Source: an uncultured Bacteroidales bacterium (GTDB lineage: Bacteria; Bacteroidota; Bacteroidia; Bacteroidales; VadinHA17). From it: a stretch of DNA of 64,000 bases. Made by a program: the position numbers and the translations under genes. The stretch spans positions 5,323 to 69,322 of the forward strand of contig CAWGUN010000012.1 in the NCBI GenBank assembly GCA_963825935.1, given 5' to 3'. Each line of letters starts with the position of its first letter. Within the stretch, counting starts at the first letter, position 1. The notes under the pieces were generated by a model that searched no databases, was not told the DNA's origin, and worked only from the letters and a program-made list of their open reading frames with translations. Below are positions 26,146-36,345 of this stretch, piece after piece.

Positions 26146-27519
26146 ATGATTACAGTAATCATTCCAACACTAAATGAGCAAACTACTATTTCGCATGTAG
26201 TTCGTCTGGTAAAAAAAACACCAGAAGTAACTGAAATCCTGGTAATTGATGATAAATCGTTTGATGATACAATTAAAAATGCAAAGAGAGAAAAAGTAAA
26301 AATCTACACAAGCACAAAATTAGGTAAAGGAGCATCAATGCGTGACGGGATGCTACTTGCAAATAATGAAATTATAGTTTATCTGGATGCAGATATCGTG
26401 ACATATCCGCAAAATATTATTACGCTCCTGACTGACCCATTAATTACTGACAATGCGGATTTTGTAAAATCTGACTTTGACCGACAAGCAGGGAGAGTAA
26501 CAGAATTAGTTGCTAAACCTTTAATAAATCTGCTCTTCCCAGAACTTGCACATTTTTCACAACCTTTAAGTGGTATGATAGCGGGTAAAAAATCCTTTTT
26601 TGAAAAAGTATCTTTTGAAAATGATTATGGAGTGGACATTGGGTTGCTAATTGATATGTATCGCATAAAAGCAAGAATATCAGAAGTAAATATCGGATAT
26701 ATTGAAAACCGGATGCAATCATGGGAAGCTCTTAGTAAAATGTCACATGAAGTTTCAAGAGCAATTTTAAAACGTGCAGAATTAATAAAACAATCTAATC
26801 TTGAAATACTTGAAAACATTTCAATAATCAGAGACCAGATGGATTTTGCAATTAAAGAAAGTGTACTTGGACTAAAGAAAATGCTCATTTTTGACATGGA
26901 TAATACTATCCTTCATTATAGTTTTATTACAACGCTTGCCGAGAAATTTGATTTCAAATCTAAACTAATATCAGTCGTATCTGAAAACAGTAATCCTTAT
27001 GCACGTACCAAACTAATTGCAAAATTACTCAAAGGATTAAATATAAAGCAGTTATTAGATACTGTCGATGGCATTCCCGTAACACACGATTTCGAAAACA
27101 TAATTAAAGTTTTCAAAAATAATGGATATATATGTGGAATAATCAGTGATAGTTATGATTGTATTACAAATCATATTGTCAACAAATATGGCTTGGACTT
27201 TTCAGTTGCTAATGAATTGGAATTTTCAAACAGTATTGCATCCGGAGAAGTCAAAATACCATCTGTATTTATTAAAACTAAAGAAAGTAATTGTAACCAT
27301 GATTTTTGTAAATCAAACGCAATGAGAGAAATTGCCCAGCGATATATAATAGATGTCATGAATATTATAGCAATTGGTGACAGTGAAAGCGATATATGTA
27401 TGATAAAAGATTGTGGTATTGGTATAGCCTTTTGCTCATCAAATGAGACTTTAAATTTAGTAGCCAGTAAAATAATATCCGAAAGAAGTTTTACATCACT
27501 TGTCGATTTCATTCAATAA
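26146..27519 (+). CDS. Fusion protein: glucosyl-3-phosphoglycerate synthase-like glycosyltransferase (GT81/GT2 fold) plus C-terminal HAD-IB phosphatase
   Basis: The N-terminal half has [13 protein letters not shown] and YLDADI, and [33 protein letters not shown]...[11 protein letters not shown] mirrors the GpgS core ([13 protein letters not shown]...PEL...QPLGGEYA...YGVEIGLL). The C-terminal half has HAD motifs FDMDNT (DxDxT), IISDS and GDSESD. Confidence 0.75.
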   Translation: MITVIIPTLNEQTTISHVVRLVKKTPEVTEILVIDDKSFDDTIKNAKREKVKIYTSTKLGKGASMRDGMLLANNEIIVYLDADIVTYPQNIITLLTDPLITDNADFVKSDFDRQAGRVTELVAKPLINLLFPELAHFSQPLSGMIAGKKSFFEKVSFENDYGVDIGLLIDMYRIKARISEVNIGYIENRMQSWEALSKMSHEVSRAILKRAELIKQSNLEILENISIIRDQMDFAIKESVLGLKKMLIFDMDNTILHYSFITTLAEKFDFKSKLISVVSENSNPYARTKLIAKLLKGLNIKQLLDTVDGIPVTHDFENIIKVFKNNGYICGIISDSYDCITNHIVNKYGLDFSVANELEFSNSIASGEVKIPSVFIKTKESNCNHDFCKSNAMREIAQRYIIDVMNIIAIGDSESDICMIKDCGIGIAFCSSNETLNLVASKIISERSFTSLVDFIQ

Positions 27520-27636
27520 TAACAATAATCTTAAACCATAATGACAGGAATAATAATATCCATTTTTATTAAGAACAATAAAGAATAATTTTATCACATT
27601 GTCAATGAACATGGTTCAAGAAGTAAAACCGTTTAA

Positions 27637-27741
27637 ATGAGAGCAATAGCAGGTATTCTGGCTTTTGCAGCAATAGTAATGATTGCTGTAATAATGATAA
27701 TCCAGGAACAGATTAAACAGCGCAAAAATAAATTGAAATGA
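27637..27741 (+). CDS. Possible 34-aa single-TM peptide MRAIAGILAFAAIVMIAVIMIIQEQIKQRKNKLK
   Basis: ATG start and a hydrophobic helix followed by a basic tail. Below the ORF-track cutoff; no other support. Confidence 0.25.
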   Translation: MRAIAGILAFAAIVMIAVIMIIQEQIKQRKNKLK

Positions 27742-27863
27742 TTAAGGAAAGAAAAACATTATCAAACTACTGATTTTTCAATAACTATAACCGCTTTACA
27801 ATCAACAGGTATTTTAATGAACCCTAAGATTTAATATTGCATTAAATAGAACTTTAAAAACAG

Positions 27864-28094
27864 ATGGAACTGCATTTCCATTCATTTCTGCAATGGCTCA
27901 TCCCAATAATTATTATTCTTAAAATATGGGACTATGTCTGGAAAATATTTGCATTGTTGAAAGCAGCAAAAAATAATCATATGGCTTGGTTTGTTTGTAT
28001 TTTAATCTTTAACACTTTAGGAATTTTGCCCATTATTTATCTTCTGATACAGAGAAGGATTAGTAACATTCAATCGAATAATAGTGTGAATTGA
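27864..28094 (+). CDS. Small two-TM membrane protein (DUF5652 / PLD-N-terminal-like)
   Basis: The 76-aa pattern WDYVWKIFALLKAAKNNHMAWFVCILIFNTLGILPIIYL resembles the W..WK..AL.KAA......WF......NT.GILP..YL small-protein family. Confidence 0.5.
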   Translation: MELHFHSFLQWLIPIIIILKIWDYVWKIFALLKAAKNNHMAWFVCILIFNTLGILPIIYLLIQRRISNIQSNNSVN

Positions 28095-28122
28095 TCTCTT
28101 TTTCACTTAATTATTAACGAAA

Positions 28123-29403
28123 ATGTCAGAATTGATAATCGCAATTTTTGTGTTAGGATACGCAGCAATTGCACTCGAACATAAGATTAAATTAAATAAG
28201 GCAGCATTTGCATTAATTACTGGTGTTTTATGTTGGGTTATTTATATAGTTTTTATACCAGAAAAACAATTGATAAACGAGCAACTGACTGGTCATTTGG
28301 GCGAACTTTCTGGTATCTTGTTTTTCCTGTTGAGTGCAATGACAATCGTAGAACTAATTGATTCACATGGCGGTTTCAATTTATTAACAGATAGAATAAC
28401 TCAGACAAATAAAAAAACATTGATATGGATAGTAGGATTTATAACATTTTTTCTGTCAGCAATATTAGACAACTTAACCACAACTATTGTAATGATTTCA
28501 CTGCTGAGAAAATTAATAAAAGATGATAATGATAGGCTCTTATTTGTAGGAACTGTTGTGATAGCAGCCAATGCAGGTGGAGCATGGTCACCAATTGGTG
28601 ATGTTACAACTACGATGTTGTGGATTGGCGGACAAATAACAGCATTTAAGATTATTTTGAAATTAATAATACCAAGTCTGTTCTGTTTAATTGTACCTTT
28701 AATATTTATCTCTTTTAAATTAAAAGGTAACGTAGAGAGAATCGAATATAACAAAAGTATTCAAAGAATATCTTTACCAAGAAACCAGCAGAAAATTGTA
28801 TTATTCTCTGGTGTTTTAATTCTTATTTCAGTACCTGTTTTTAAAACTTTTACAGGCTTGCCCCCCTATATGGGAATTTTATTAGGTCTGGGTATCCTAT
28901 GGATTATCACAGAAATTTTGCATAGTTCAAAAGACGAAGAAGATAAGCATAATCTTACAGTGGTCCACGCACTTCGAAAAATTGACAGTTCTACCATATT
29001 GTTTTTCCTTGGCATTTTAATTGCCATATCAGCCTTGCAATCAACAGGTATTTTAATGAATCTTGCAAAGTTTATGACTTTATCAATTGGCAATGAGAGT
29101 ATTATTGTGATTTCAATTGGATTACTATCATCTATTGTTGATAATGTTCCATTAGTTGCAGCCGTACAAGGGATGTATGACTTAGTACAATATCCGCCAG
29201 ACCATTATTTTTGGGAATTTCTGGCATATTGCGCAGGAACTGGGGGAAGTGCTTTAATAATAGGCTCTGCTGCTGGAGTTGCAGCAATGGGTATGGAAAG
29301 AATAAACTTTTTCTGGTATCTTAAAAAAATTAGTTGGCTTGCATTAATTGGATTCTTTTCAGGTGCAATTATTTATATTCTTCAAGATTCAATATTACAC
29401 TGA
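28123..29403 (+). CDS. nhaD: Na+/H+ antiporter NhaD-type (ArsB/NhaD permease superfamily)
   Basis: 426 aa with about 11-12 TM helices. N-terminus GYAAIALEHKIKLNKAAFAL and the motifs DNLTTT and DNVPLV are typical of NhaD/citrate-transporter-fold permeases. Confidence 0.75.
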   Translation: MSELIIAIFVLGYAAIALEHKIKLNKAAFALITGVLCWVIYIVFIPEKQLINEQLTGHLGELSGILFFLLSAMTIVELIDSHGGFNLLTDRITQTNKKTLIWIVGFITFFLSAILDNLTTTIVMISLLRKLIKDDNDRLLFVGTVVIAANAGGAWSPIGDVTTTMLWIGGQITAFKIILKLIIPSLFCLIVPLIFISFKLKGNVERIEYNKSIQRISLPRNQQKIVLFSGVLILISVPVFKTFTGLPPYMGILLGLGILWIITEILHSSKDEEDKHNLTVVHALRKIDSSTILFFLGILIAISALQSTGILMNLAKFMTLSIGNESIIVISIGLLSSIVDNVPLVAAVQGMYDLVQYPPDHYFWEFLAYCAGTGGSALIIGSAAGVAAMGMERINFFWYLKKISWLALIGFFSGAIIYILQDSILH

Positions 29404-29520
29404 AACATAAAGAATTAAATATTAGTAAGTAATTTTCACCATGAAGAAAAGATTTACGTTTAGTGGTCATGGTTATGGAATGCTCGCTGTCACAGATACT
29501 TAATAAACTGTATATTAATA

Positions 29521-29562
29521 AATTCCCCCTCTTTCCGCCAATTGGCGGAGAGAGGGGGAATT
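29521..29562. terminator. 42-nt near-perfect palindrome between convergent nhaD and hppA (bidirectional terminator and/or REP-like element)
   Basis: aattccccctctttccgccaatt / aattggcggagagagggggaatt, with one mismatch across 21-nt arms. Confidence 0.6.
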
Positions 29563-29588
29563 AACGGAAGTGAATACGTGTGTATCTA

Positions 29589-31883
29589 TTAATTGAAGAT
29601 GCTGAATGCAACAGTAAGACCTGCGAGAACAACTGATACCATCGACATTAGCTTGATAAGAATATTAAGTGCCGGACCGGAAGTATCCTTGAAAGGATCA
29701 CCAACTGTGTCTCCAACAACGGTAGCTTTATGACATTGACTACCTTTTCCGCCATAATTACCTCTTTCAACAAATTTCTTTGCATTATCCCATGCACCGC
29801 CTGAGTTGTTAAGCATACTTGCGAGAACGAAGCCTGTGCTCATACCTCCTGCAAGAAGACCGATAACACCAGGTACGCCGAGAACAATACCAACAACAAG
29901 AGGAACAGCAATTGCCATCAAAGCAGGAATGAGCATTTCGCTTTGTGCACCTGCAGTTGATATTTCAACGCACTTTGCATATTCAGGTTTTCCGGTACCT
30001 TCCATAATCCCTGGAATTTCACGGAACTGACGACGTACTTCATCAACCATTTTACCGGCAGCACGACCAACAGCTTTCATACTCATTGAACTGAAAAGAA
30101 AAGCCATCATACCACCAATAAATATGCCACCAAGAAGAATCGGATTGAAAACTGAGAGATTATAAGCTGCTATGAAATCCTTCATAGTTGCAGTACTTAA
30201 ATTAACAGCTACCTGATTTTCAGCAATTGCTGTCGGAACAGTATTGTGATAGAATAATGTGTCGCCAATCAGTTTAAATCCTTCAGGAGCTTTATCTATT
30301 ACTTTTACCAGCCACATTTTTATTTCTTCCATATAAGCAGCCATAAGAGCAAGAGCTGTAAGGGCAGCTGAGCCTATAGCAAAGCCCTTTCCTGTTGCAG
30401 CTGTGGTGTTTCCAAGTCCGTCGAGAGCATCGGTTCTTTCTCTTACTTCTTTCGGAAGTCCCGACATTTCAGCATTACCGCCGGCATTGTCAGCAATAGG
30501 ACCGAATGCGTCAGTTGCTAGAGTTACACCAAGAGTTGAAAGCATACCTACAGCAGCAAAACCGATACCGTATACACCCATTGCAAAGTGACTGAAACCA
30601 CCTGCAAAACCATAGGCTGCAATAATACCGGCAACTATTGTTACAACAGGTATCCATGTTGAGGACATACCCACGGCCATACCTTCAATTATAACGGTAG
30701 CAGGTCCCTGCTGTGATTGTTTGGCAATACCCTGTGTAGGTTTGTTCCCATCAGAAGTATAATATTCGGTAGATTGGCCAATAATAACACCCGCAACAAG
30801 ACCTGATACAGCAGCACCAAATACACCCCAGGTAATCCAGTTTACAGCAGCCATAACTGCAAGTACAACAAGAATAAGGGCAGAACTGCCTCCTGTACCA
30901 AGAAGAAGTGCACGAAGAAGAGTCTTTGGAGATGCGTCTTCTTTAGTCCTTACCATGTAAACACCTGCTATTGAAAGCAATATTCCGACAGCCGAAACCA
31001 TCATCGGGGCAATTATTGCTGTGAGCTGTTCACCCGGAGCAAGTGACGGGAGTGCAGCACCAAGAGCTGCAGTTGAAAGGATTGATCCGGCATATGATTC
31101 ATATAGGTCAGCACCCATACCGGCTACATCACCAACGTTGTCACCAACGTTATCAGCAATGGTTGCAGGGTTACGCGGGTCGTCTTCAGGAATACCTGCT
31201 TCAACCTTACCAACCAGGTCAGCGCCTACGTCAGCAGCTTTTGTAAATATACCACCACCAACACGTGCAAAAAGAGCCTGTGTTGAAGCACCCATACCGA
31301 ATGTAAGCATGGTAGCGGTTATTTCAACCAGTTTCTGATGGTCGTCAGTCCCTGCATTTACAAAATTAAGTCCAAGCCAATGGAGACCATTTGCCATGTG
31401 TTCAGGTGTGAAAACTGCCTTGTCAAGTATAAGAAACCAGATGGCAATATCCAGAAGTCCAAAACCTACAACAACAAGACCCATAACAGCGCCGCTTCGT
31501 AACGCTACTTTTAATCCTTTATTGAGTGATTTTGATGCTGCCCATGCTGTTCTGCTAGAGGCAGCTGTAGCTGATTTCATCCCCAGATAACCGCATAATC
31601 CTGAGAAAAATCCACCAGTAAGGAACGCAACAGGTACAAATGGGTTTTGTATGCCCATGTATGCCAGTATCAACAATAAAACAGAAAGAATAATAAATAC
31701 CTTGGTTACAACAGTGTACTGGCGTTTAAGATAGGCCATTGCGCCCTCACTTACATAAGCTGCAATCTCTTTCATCTTGTCTGTGCCGGCTTCCTGTACC
31801 ATCATTCCTTTATAGAAGATCCAGGCAAACAGTAATGCGATGAGTGCTGAAGTTGGAATAATCCAAAATAAACTACTAATCAT
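29589..31883 (-). CDS. hppA: Membrane-bound ion-translocating pyrophosphatase (K+-dependent signature)
   Basis: 764 aa with about 16 TM helices. Motifs DNVGDNVGD and [18 protein letters not shown] (Ala rather than Lys after GNTT, the K+-dependent subfamily marker). Confidence 0.95.
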   Translation of the reverse strand: MISSLFWIIPTSALIALLFAWIFYKGMMVQEAGTDKMKEIAAYVSEGAMAYLKRQYTVVTKVFIILSVLLLILAYMGIQNPFVPVAFLTGGFFSGLCGYLGMKSATAASSRTAWAASKSLNKGLKVALRSGAVMGLVVVGFGLLDIAIWFLILDKAVFTPEHMANGLHWLGLNFVNAGTDDHQKLVEITATMLTFGMGASTQALFARVGGGIFTKAADVGADLVGKVEAGIPEDDPRNPATIADNVGDNVGDVAGMGADLYESYAGSILSTAALGAALPSLAPGEQLTAIIAPMMVSAVGILLSIAGVYMVRTKEDASPKTLLRALLLGTGGSSALILVVLAVMAAVNWITWGVFGAAVSGLVAGVIIGQSTEYYTSDGNKPTQGIAKQSQQGPATVIIEGMAVGMSSTWIPVVTIVAGIIAAYGFAGGFSHFAMGVYGIGFAAVGMLSTLGVTLATDAFGPIADNAGGNAEMSGLPKEVRERTDALDGLGNTTAATGKGFAIGSAALTALALMAAYMEEIKMWLVKVIDKAPEGFKLIGDTLFYHNTVPTAIAENQVAVNLSTATMKDFIAAYNLSVFNPILLGGIFIGGMMAFLFSSMSMKAVGRAAGKMVDEVRRQFREIPGIMEGTGKPEYAKCVEISTAGAQSEMLIPALMAIAVPLVVGIVLGVPGVIGLLAGGMSTGFVLASMLNNSGGAWDNAKKFVERGNYGGKGSQCHKATVVGDTVGDPFKDTSGPALNILIKLMSMVSVVLAGLTVAFSIFN

Positions 31884-32191
31884 GATATCAATTTTTTAAA
31901 CGTTCAAAAATAATTAATGTAATTATTATGTAAACAATAAATTATATAATCCTGAAATAGAGCAAATTGAATACAAACTTGATAAAAATTTATTCAGAGG
32001 GCGATATTAATAAAAATAATTTGATTTCCGTTCTTACAGAAGAAATATAAACTATAAAATTCATAACAAAAGGATTTGTAAATGGCCAGTAGGATGGTCC
32101 TAAAAAAGGAACCGGTTCAATTCTGTTGAAAATATAATCAGGTATACTAATAACTTCCATATTCCGTTTTAAAGTGATTTTTTATTTGTGC

Positions 32192-32199
32192 TAATTTTG
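32192..32199 (+). promoter_or_regulatory. Candidate -7 box TAATTTTG upstream of the ExbB-like gene
   Basis: Exact TAnnTTTG, 24 nt upstream of the ATG at 32223. Confidence 0.35.
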
Positions 32200-32222
32200 C
32201 AGAAACATAAAACAGGTTAAAA

Positions 32223-32885
32223 ATGGATTTTTTCAATGTCACGGCACTTTTGGTACAAACTCAGCTAAAAGACACCAGTTCAGTCGATAATCTGGCTGAG
32301 TTGCTTATGAAAGGCGGATTTATAATGATACCCATTATTCTTCTGTCGATAATCAGTGTGTATGTATTTATAGAGAGATATGCTTATATACGAAAAAACT
32401 CGAAAATTGATAATAACCTCATTAATAATATTATCAATGAGATCAGAAACAAAAAACCTGAAGAAGCTCTTGTCCACACTAAATATAATATGACTTCGAT
32501 TGGAAAAATCCTGGAAAGCGGATTGATCCAGACTGATAAGTCGCCGAAAGAGATTGAGAATTCCTTTGAAGCCACTGCCAACCTTGAGATTTCCGAGATG
32601 GAAAAAAATACAGGGTACCTCGGTATTATTGCCGGTATAGCACCAATGCTGGGATTTATTGGAACAATTGCAGGTGTTATAAAAATATTTTATAATATCT
32701 CACTTGCCGATAATATCAGTATCGGTATTATCGCTGGAGGTTTATATCAGAAGATGATCTGTAGCGGGACAGGATTAATAGTTGGAGTTATAGCTTACAG
32801 CTTTTATCATTATTTGCAGATGATGATAGACCGTTTTTCGATAAATATGCAAAGGCAGGTAAATGAGGTAATAAAAGTTTTATAA
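32223..32885 (+). CDS. MotA/TolQ/ExbB proton-channel family protein
   Basis: 220 aa with 3 TM helices and the conserved C-terminal LGFIGTIAG...GGLYQKMICSGTGL region. Confidence 0.88.
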   Translation: MDFFNVTALLVQTQLKDTSSVDNLAELLMKGGFIMIPIILLSIISVYVFIERYAYIRKNSKIDNNLINNIINEIRNKKPEEALVHTKYNMTSIGKILESGLIQTDKSPKEIENSFEATANLEISEMEKNTGYLGIIAGIAPMLGFIGTIAGVIKIFYNISLADNISIGIIAGGLYQKMICSGTGLIVGVIAYSFYHYLQMMIDRFSINMQRQVNEVIKVL

Positions 32886-32886
32886 A

Positions 32887-33291
32887 ATGAATATTCAGAG
32901 AAAAAGACGTTTTAAACCGGAGGTGAGCACCTCATCTCTGAATGATATTATGTTTTTCCTTCTTTTATTCTTTCTTATTGTTTCATCATTAGCTAATCCT
33001 AATGTGATAAAGCTATTATTGCCTGATTCGAAATCAGCTCAGACACTTGATAAACAACAAATAACTATTTCAGTAACAAGGGATAAAAGATATTTTATTG
33101 ATAACCAGCAGATCAGTTTCAGAGATATTGAGCAAATTCTTAAAAATAAAATCAGTGCCATAAAGGAGCCGACTGTGATCCTGAGGCTTGAGAACTCCCT
33201 TTCTGTTCAGGATTTAGTAGATGTCCTTGAGATAGGTACCAGGCTGAATGTTAAAATGGTTATGGCTACAAATAAAAAGACGGGATCATAG
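32887..33291 (+). CDS. ExbD/TolR family biopolymer transport protein
   Basis: 134 aa. N-terminal LNDIMFFLLLFFLIV TM helix and a periplasmic alpha/beta domain. Adjacent to the ExbB-like gene. Confidence 0.88.
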   Translation: MNIQRKRRFKPEVSTSSLNDIMFFLLLFFLIVSSLANPNVIKLLLPDSKSAQTLDKQQITISVTRDKRYFIDNQQISFRDIEQILKNKISAIKEPTVILRLENSLSVQDLVDVLEIGTRLNVKMVMATNKKTGS

Positions 33292-33307
33292 ATCCCTGAA
33301 TCTTGAA

Positions 33308-34072
33308 TTAAATAGCTCTGAAAAATTCATAATTTATATTTTCCAGTTCCGTCATTTTTGGATAAGGATAGTAAGCAATATCATCTTTAGCCCCGACATA
33401 AAATCCTGTTTCAATAGTCCTGTAAAGCAGAGTACCGGAAAAAATTCTTTGAACGGTTTTCATGTGTTTTTCATATTCCCCCTGGAGTATCTCAAGACAG
33501 TCCCTGAGATGTCCGACATTTGAATAGGGCAAATGTTCAGCTGATCCTAAAAGCGGATTTGTTGCCAATTCCCCAAGTTTCAGCTCAACAAAGAATAATT
33601 TAGGCAGAACTATTGGAGTCGACCCGTCTGTCAGCTTTTTAAGAAACGATGAAGGTGCGAAACCGCTGGCTACAAGCGGAGTTACCGGACATAATTCCTG
33701 GTAAAGGTGAAGGGCATTTTCCTGTTCCCCGGATTTATCGTATGGTGCTTTTTTTAATTCAAGCACAACACCATGGTCAGTTGTAAGGTAAAGGCTTTTC
33801 AGCGCTGAGGTTGGAATTGTCTCAAGGACTCTGTAAACAGAAAGATAAACTGAGCTTTTCGGACTGCCATCCTCTTTTGCAACACACCTTTTATTAAGGC
33901 TGTTCATATCAATTAAGTTTTCTATACTGTCAAGGTCTACCTCAAAAAAAATTGTCTGGCCTTTGTTTCGTTTTTTGGTCCCGGTTGAGAGATACAAACC
34001 AAAACCTTCAGGAGGCAGCATTGAAGCAACAAGTGCTTCAGGACTACAGGTCAAGTAAATGTATTTGCTCAT
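33308..34072 (-). CDS. Hypothetical protein (254 aa, no motif recognised)
   Basis: Long clean ORF, no TM helix and no signal peptide. I cannot place it in a family. Confidence 0.6.
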   Translation of the reverse strand: MSKYIYLTCSPEALVASMLPPEGFGLYLSTGTKKRNKGQTIFFEVDLDSIENLIDMNSLNKRCVAKEDGSPKSSVYLSVYRVLETIPTSALKSLYLTTDHGVVLELKKAPYDKSGEQENALHLYQELCPVTPLVASGFAPSSFLKKLTDGSTPIVLPKLFFVELKLGELATNPLLGSAEHLPYSNVGHLRDCLEILQGEYEKHMKTVQRIFSGTLLYRTIETGFYVGAKDDIAYYPYPKMTELENINYEFFRAI

Positions 34073-34244
34073 AATTTTCTATATTTATTTGAAGAAAAAA
34101 AGGTTCCCGGGCAATCAAGAACAAATCAACTTTTTAAGAATGTTATTTCAAATTTACATTTCTTTTTGCAATTGTGAAAGCAAAAGCCGGCTTTTCATTC
34201 GTTATTAACATGTCCGGTTTTTGACTTTTTCATTTTACATTTTC

Positions 34245-34252
34245 TACCTTTG
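34245..34252 (+). promoter_or_regulatory. Candidate -7 box TACCTTTG upstream of the aminotransferase gene
   Basis: Exact TAnnTTTG, 49 nt upstream of the ATG at 34301. Confidence 0.3.
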
Positions 34253-34300
34253 GGCGGAACAATTATTAAAAGTCAGCTTTAATAAAAACAGGGAATAATC

Positions 34301-35536
34301 ATGACTAATTTTTTCGATGACAAAATTGCTGAGAGACTAGGCGGTGCCGGCTTTGGGAAATCTACAGTTATTTACAAATTTGAAATTATTAAAAGGGCAA
34401 AGGCAGCTGCAAAAAAGGCACATCCTGAAATAGAACTTATAGACATGGGTGTCGGAGAACCTGATTGGCCCGCAGACGAACTGGTAGTCAAAGCTTTATC
34501 GGAAGAGGCCGGGAAACCTGAAAACAGGTGGTATGCCGATAATGGTATTCCTGAATTCCAGGAAGCAGCTGCCCTGTATCTTAAAAAAGTTTATGGGCTT
34601 TCAGGTATAATACCATCAGAACATATTATTCACGGGATAGGATCCAAGCCGGTGCTTGCGATGCTCCCCGTCTGCTTTATTAATCCCGGAGATGTTTTAC
34701 TTACAACAGTTCCGGGTTATCCGGTTACAGCAACCTATACAAAATACCTGGGCGGCGAAGTATTCAACCTGCCATTGTTTGAATCAAATTCATTTTTCCC
34801 CGACTTCAGCAGTGTGCCTCAACCGGTTTTAAAAAAAGCTAAACTGCTTTATCTGAATTATCCTAATAATCCTACCGGAGCCGTGGCAACTCCTGAATTC
34901 TTTAAACAGGTAGTTGATTTTGCATGGAAAAACAATATCATTGTTATACATGATGCACCCTACAGTGCATTAACTTACGATGGATATAAGCCTCTTAGCT
35001 TTCTTTCTGCTGATGGAGCAATGGAGGTCGGAATTGAAGTCCATTCTTTATCGAAGGCATTCAATATGACAGGATGGAGAATCGGGTTTGTCTGCGGGAA
35101 CAGCAAAGCAGTAAAAGCCTATGCAACAGTAAAGGATAATACCGACTCGGGCCAGTTCAGGGCAATTCAGAAGGCCGCAATCGAGGCATTAAGGCACACG
35201 GAAATTACTGATAAGACAGTAGCTAAATATTCCAGGAAATTCAATCTGCTTGTTGATGCGTTGAACGAACTGGGATTTGATGCAAAAAAACCGAAGGGAT
35301 CTTTCTACTGTTATGTCAAAGCTCCCGCAGGAACCGAAAACGGGAGACTCTTCAATACAGCAACAGAATTTTCCGAATTTCTGATCCATGAGTCATTGAT
35401 CTCCACTGTTCCCTGGGATGATGCCGGTAAATATATCCGGTTCTCGGTTACCTTTGAGGCTGATTCTCTTGCAAAAGAAATTGAAGTAATTAATGAAATA
35501 AAAGACAGGATAAAGAGATTAAAGCTTAAATTCTGA
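34301..35536 (+). CDS. Class I/II PLP-dependent aminotransferase (LL-diaminopimelate aminotransferase-like)
   Basis: 411 aa with GVGEPD, NYPNNPTG and the PLP-lysine motif SLSKAFNMTGWRIGF. Confidence 0.8.
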   Translation: MTNFFDDKIAERLGGAGFGKSTVIYKFEIIKRAKAAAKKAHPEIELIDMGVGEPDWPADELVVKALSEEAGKPENRWYADNGIPEFQEAAALYLKKVYGLSGIIPSEHIIHGIGSKPVLAMLPVCFINPGDVLLTTVPGYPVTATYTKYLGGEVFNLPLFESNSFFPDFSSVPQPVLKKAKLLYLNYPNNPTGAVATPEFFKQVVDFAWKNNIIVIHDAPYSALTYDGYKPLSFLSADGAMEVGIEVHSLSKAFNMTGWRIGFVCGNSKAVKAYATVKDNTDSGQFRAIQKAAIEALRHTEITDKTVAKYSRKFNLLVDALNELGFDAKKPKGSFYCYVKAPAGTENGRLFNTATEFSEFLIHESLISTVPWDDAGKYIRFSVTFEADSLAKEIEVINEIKDRIKRLKLKF

Positions 35537-35571
35537 AATGTATGAACAGCTTATAAACTGAAACGCCTGAT

Positions 35572-36333
35572 ATGCCAAAGATTTCTGCCGTTATTATTAC
35601 ATTGAATGAGGAGAAATTCATCGGACAATGTCTTAAATCGCTTGAAGGTGTTGCAGATGAGGTAATTGTGGTTGATTCTTTTTCGACGGATGCAACTGAA
35701 GATATCTGCAGCAGGCATAATGTCAGGTTCGTAAAGCATGCATTTGAGGGTTATGTTGAACAAAAGAATTTTGCCGTATCACTGGCTGCTTATCAGTATG
35801 TTCTGTCACTTGATGCTGATGAAGCGCTAAGCGATGAACTGAAAAAATCAATATTGCAGATCAAGGATAATCCGGTATCCGACGGTTATAATTTTAACAG
35901 GCTTAACAATTATTGCGGAAAATGGATAAACCATTCAAGGTGGTATCCTGACAGGCATCTCAGGTTGTTCAATCCCTCAAAGGGCAAGTGGGTCGGGCCA
36001 AATCCTCACGACAGGTTCATGCTTAATCAGGGCTGTAAAACAACCTGGTTGAAAGGGGATCTGCATCACTGGAACTATTCATCGTTCGAGGACCACATGG
36101 ATAAGATGAACAGGTTTTCAACCATAAGTGCAAATGAATATTTTAAAGCAGGGAAGAGAGCCGGACCATGTACAGCATCTCTTCACTGCATATGGAGCTT
36201 TTTCAGATCCTTTTTTCTTAAAGCAGGATTTCTTGACGGGTATATTGGATTTGTTGGGTGCTCAATAACAGCTTATGGAAGTTTTCTGAAATATTCAAAG
36301 CTCAGGAGACTGATTCTGAATTCGAAAAAATAG
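35572..36333 (+). CDS. Family 2 glycosyltransferase (LPS-core KdtX/WaaE-like)
   Basis: ISAVIITLNEE, VVDSFSTD and LSLDADE motifs, 253 aa. Confidence 0.8.
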   Translation: MPKISAVIITLNEEKFIGQCLKSLEGVADEVIVVDSFSTDATEDICSRHNVRFVKHAFEGYVEQKNFAVSLAAYQYVLSLDADEALSDELKKSILQIKDNPVSDGYNFNRLNNYCGKWINHSRWYPDRHLRLFNPSKGKWVGPNPHDRFMLNQGCKTTWLKGDLHHWNYSSFEDHMDKMNRFSTISANEYFKAGKRAGPCTASLHCIWSFFRSFFLKAGFLDGYIGFVGCSITAYGSFLKYSKLRRLILNSKK

Positions 36334-36345
36334 AAAAGAAATCTT

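Noticed and set aside
29806-31590. Several 60-105-aa plus-strand ORFs (Pro/Ala/Ser/Thr-rich) inside hppA
   Set aside because: They are shadow ORFs of a long, comparatively GC-rich, highly conserved gene on the minus strand.
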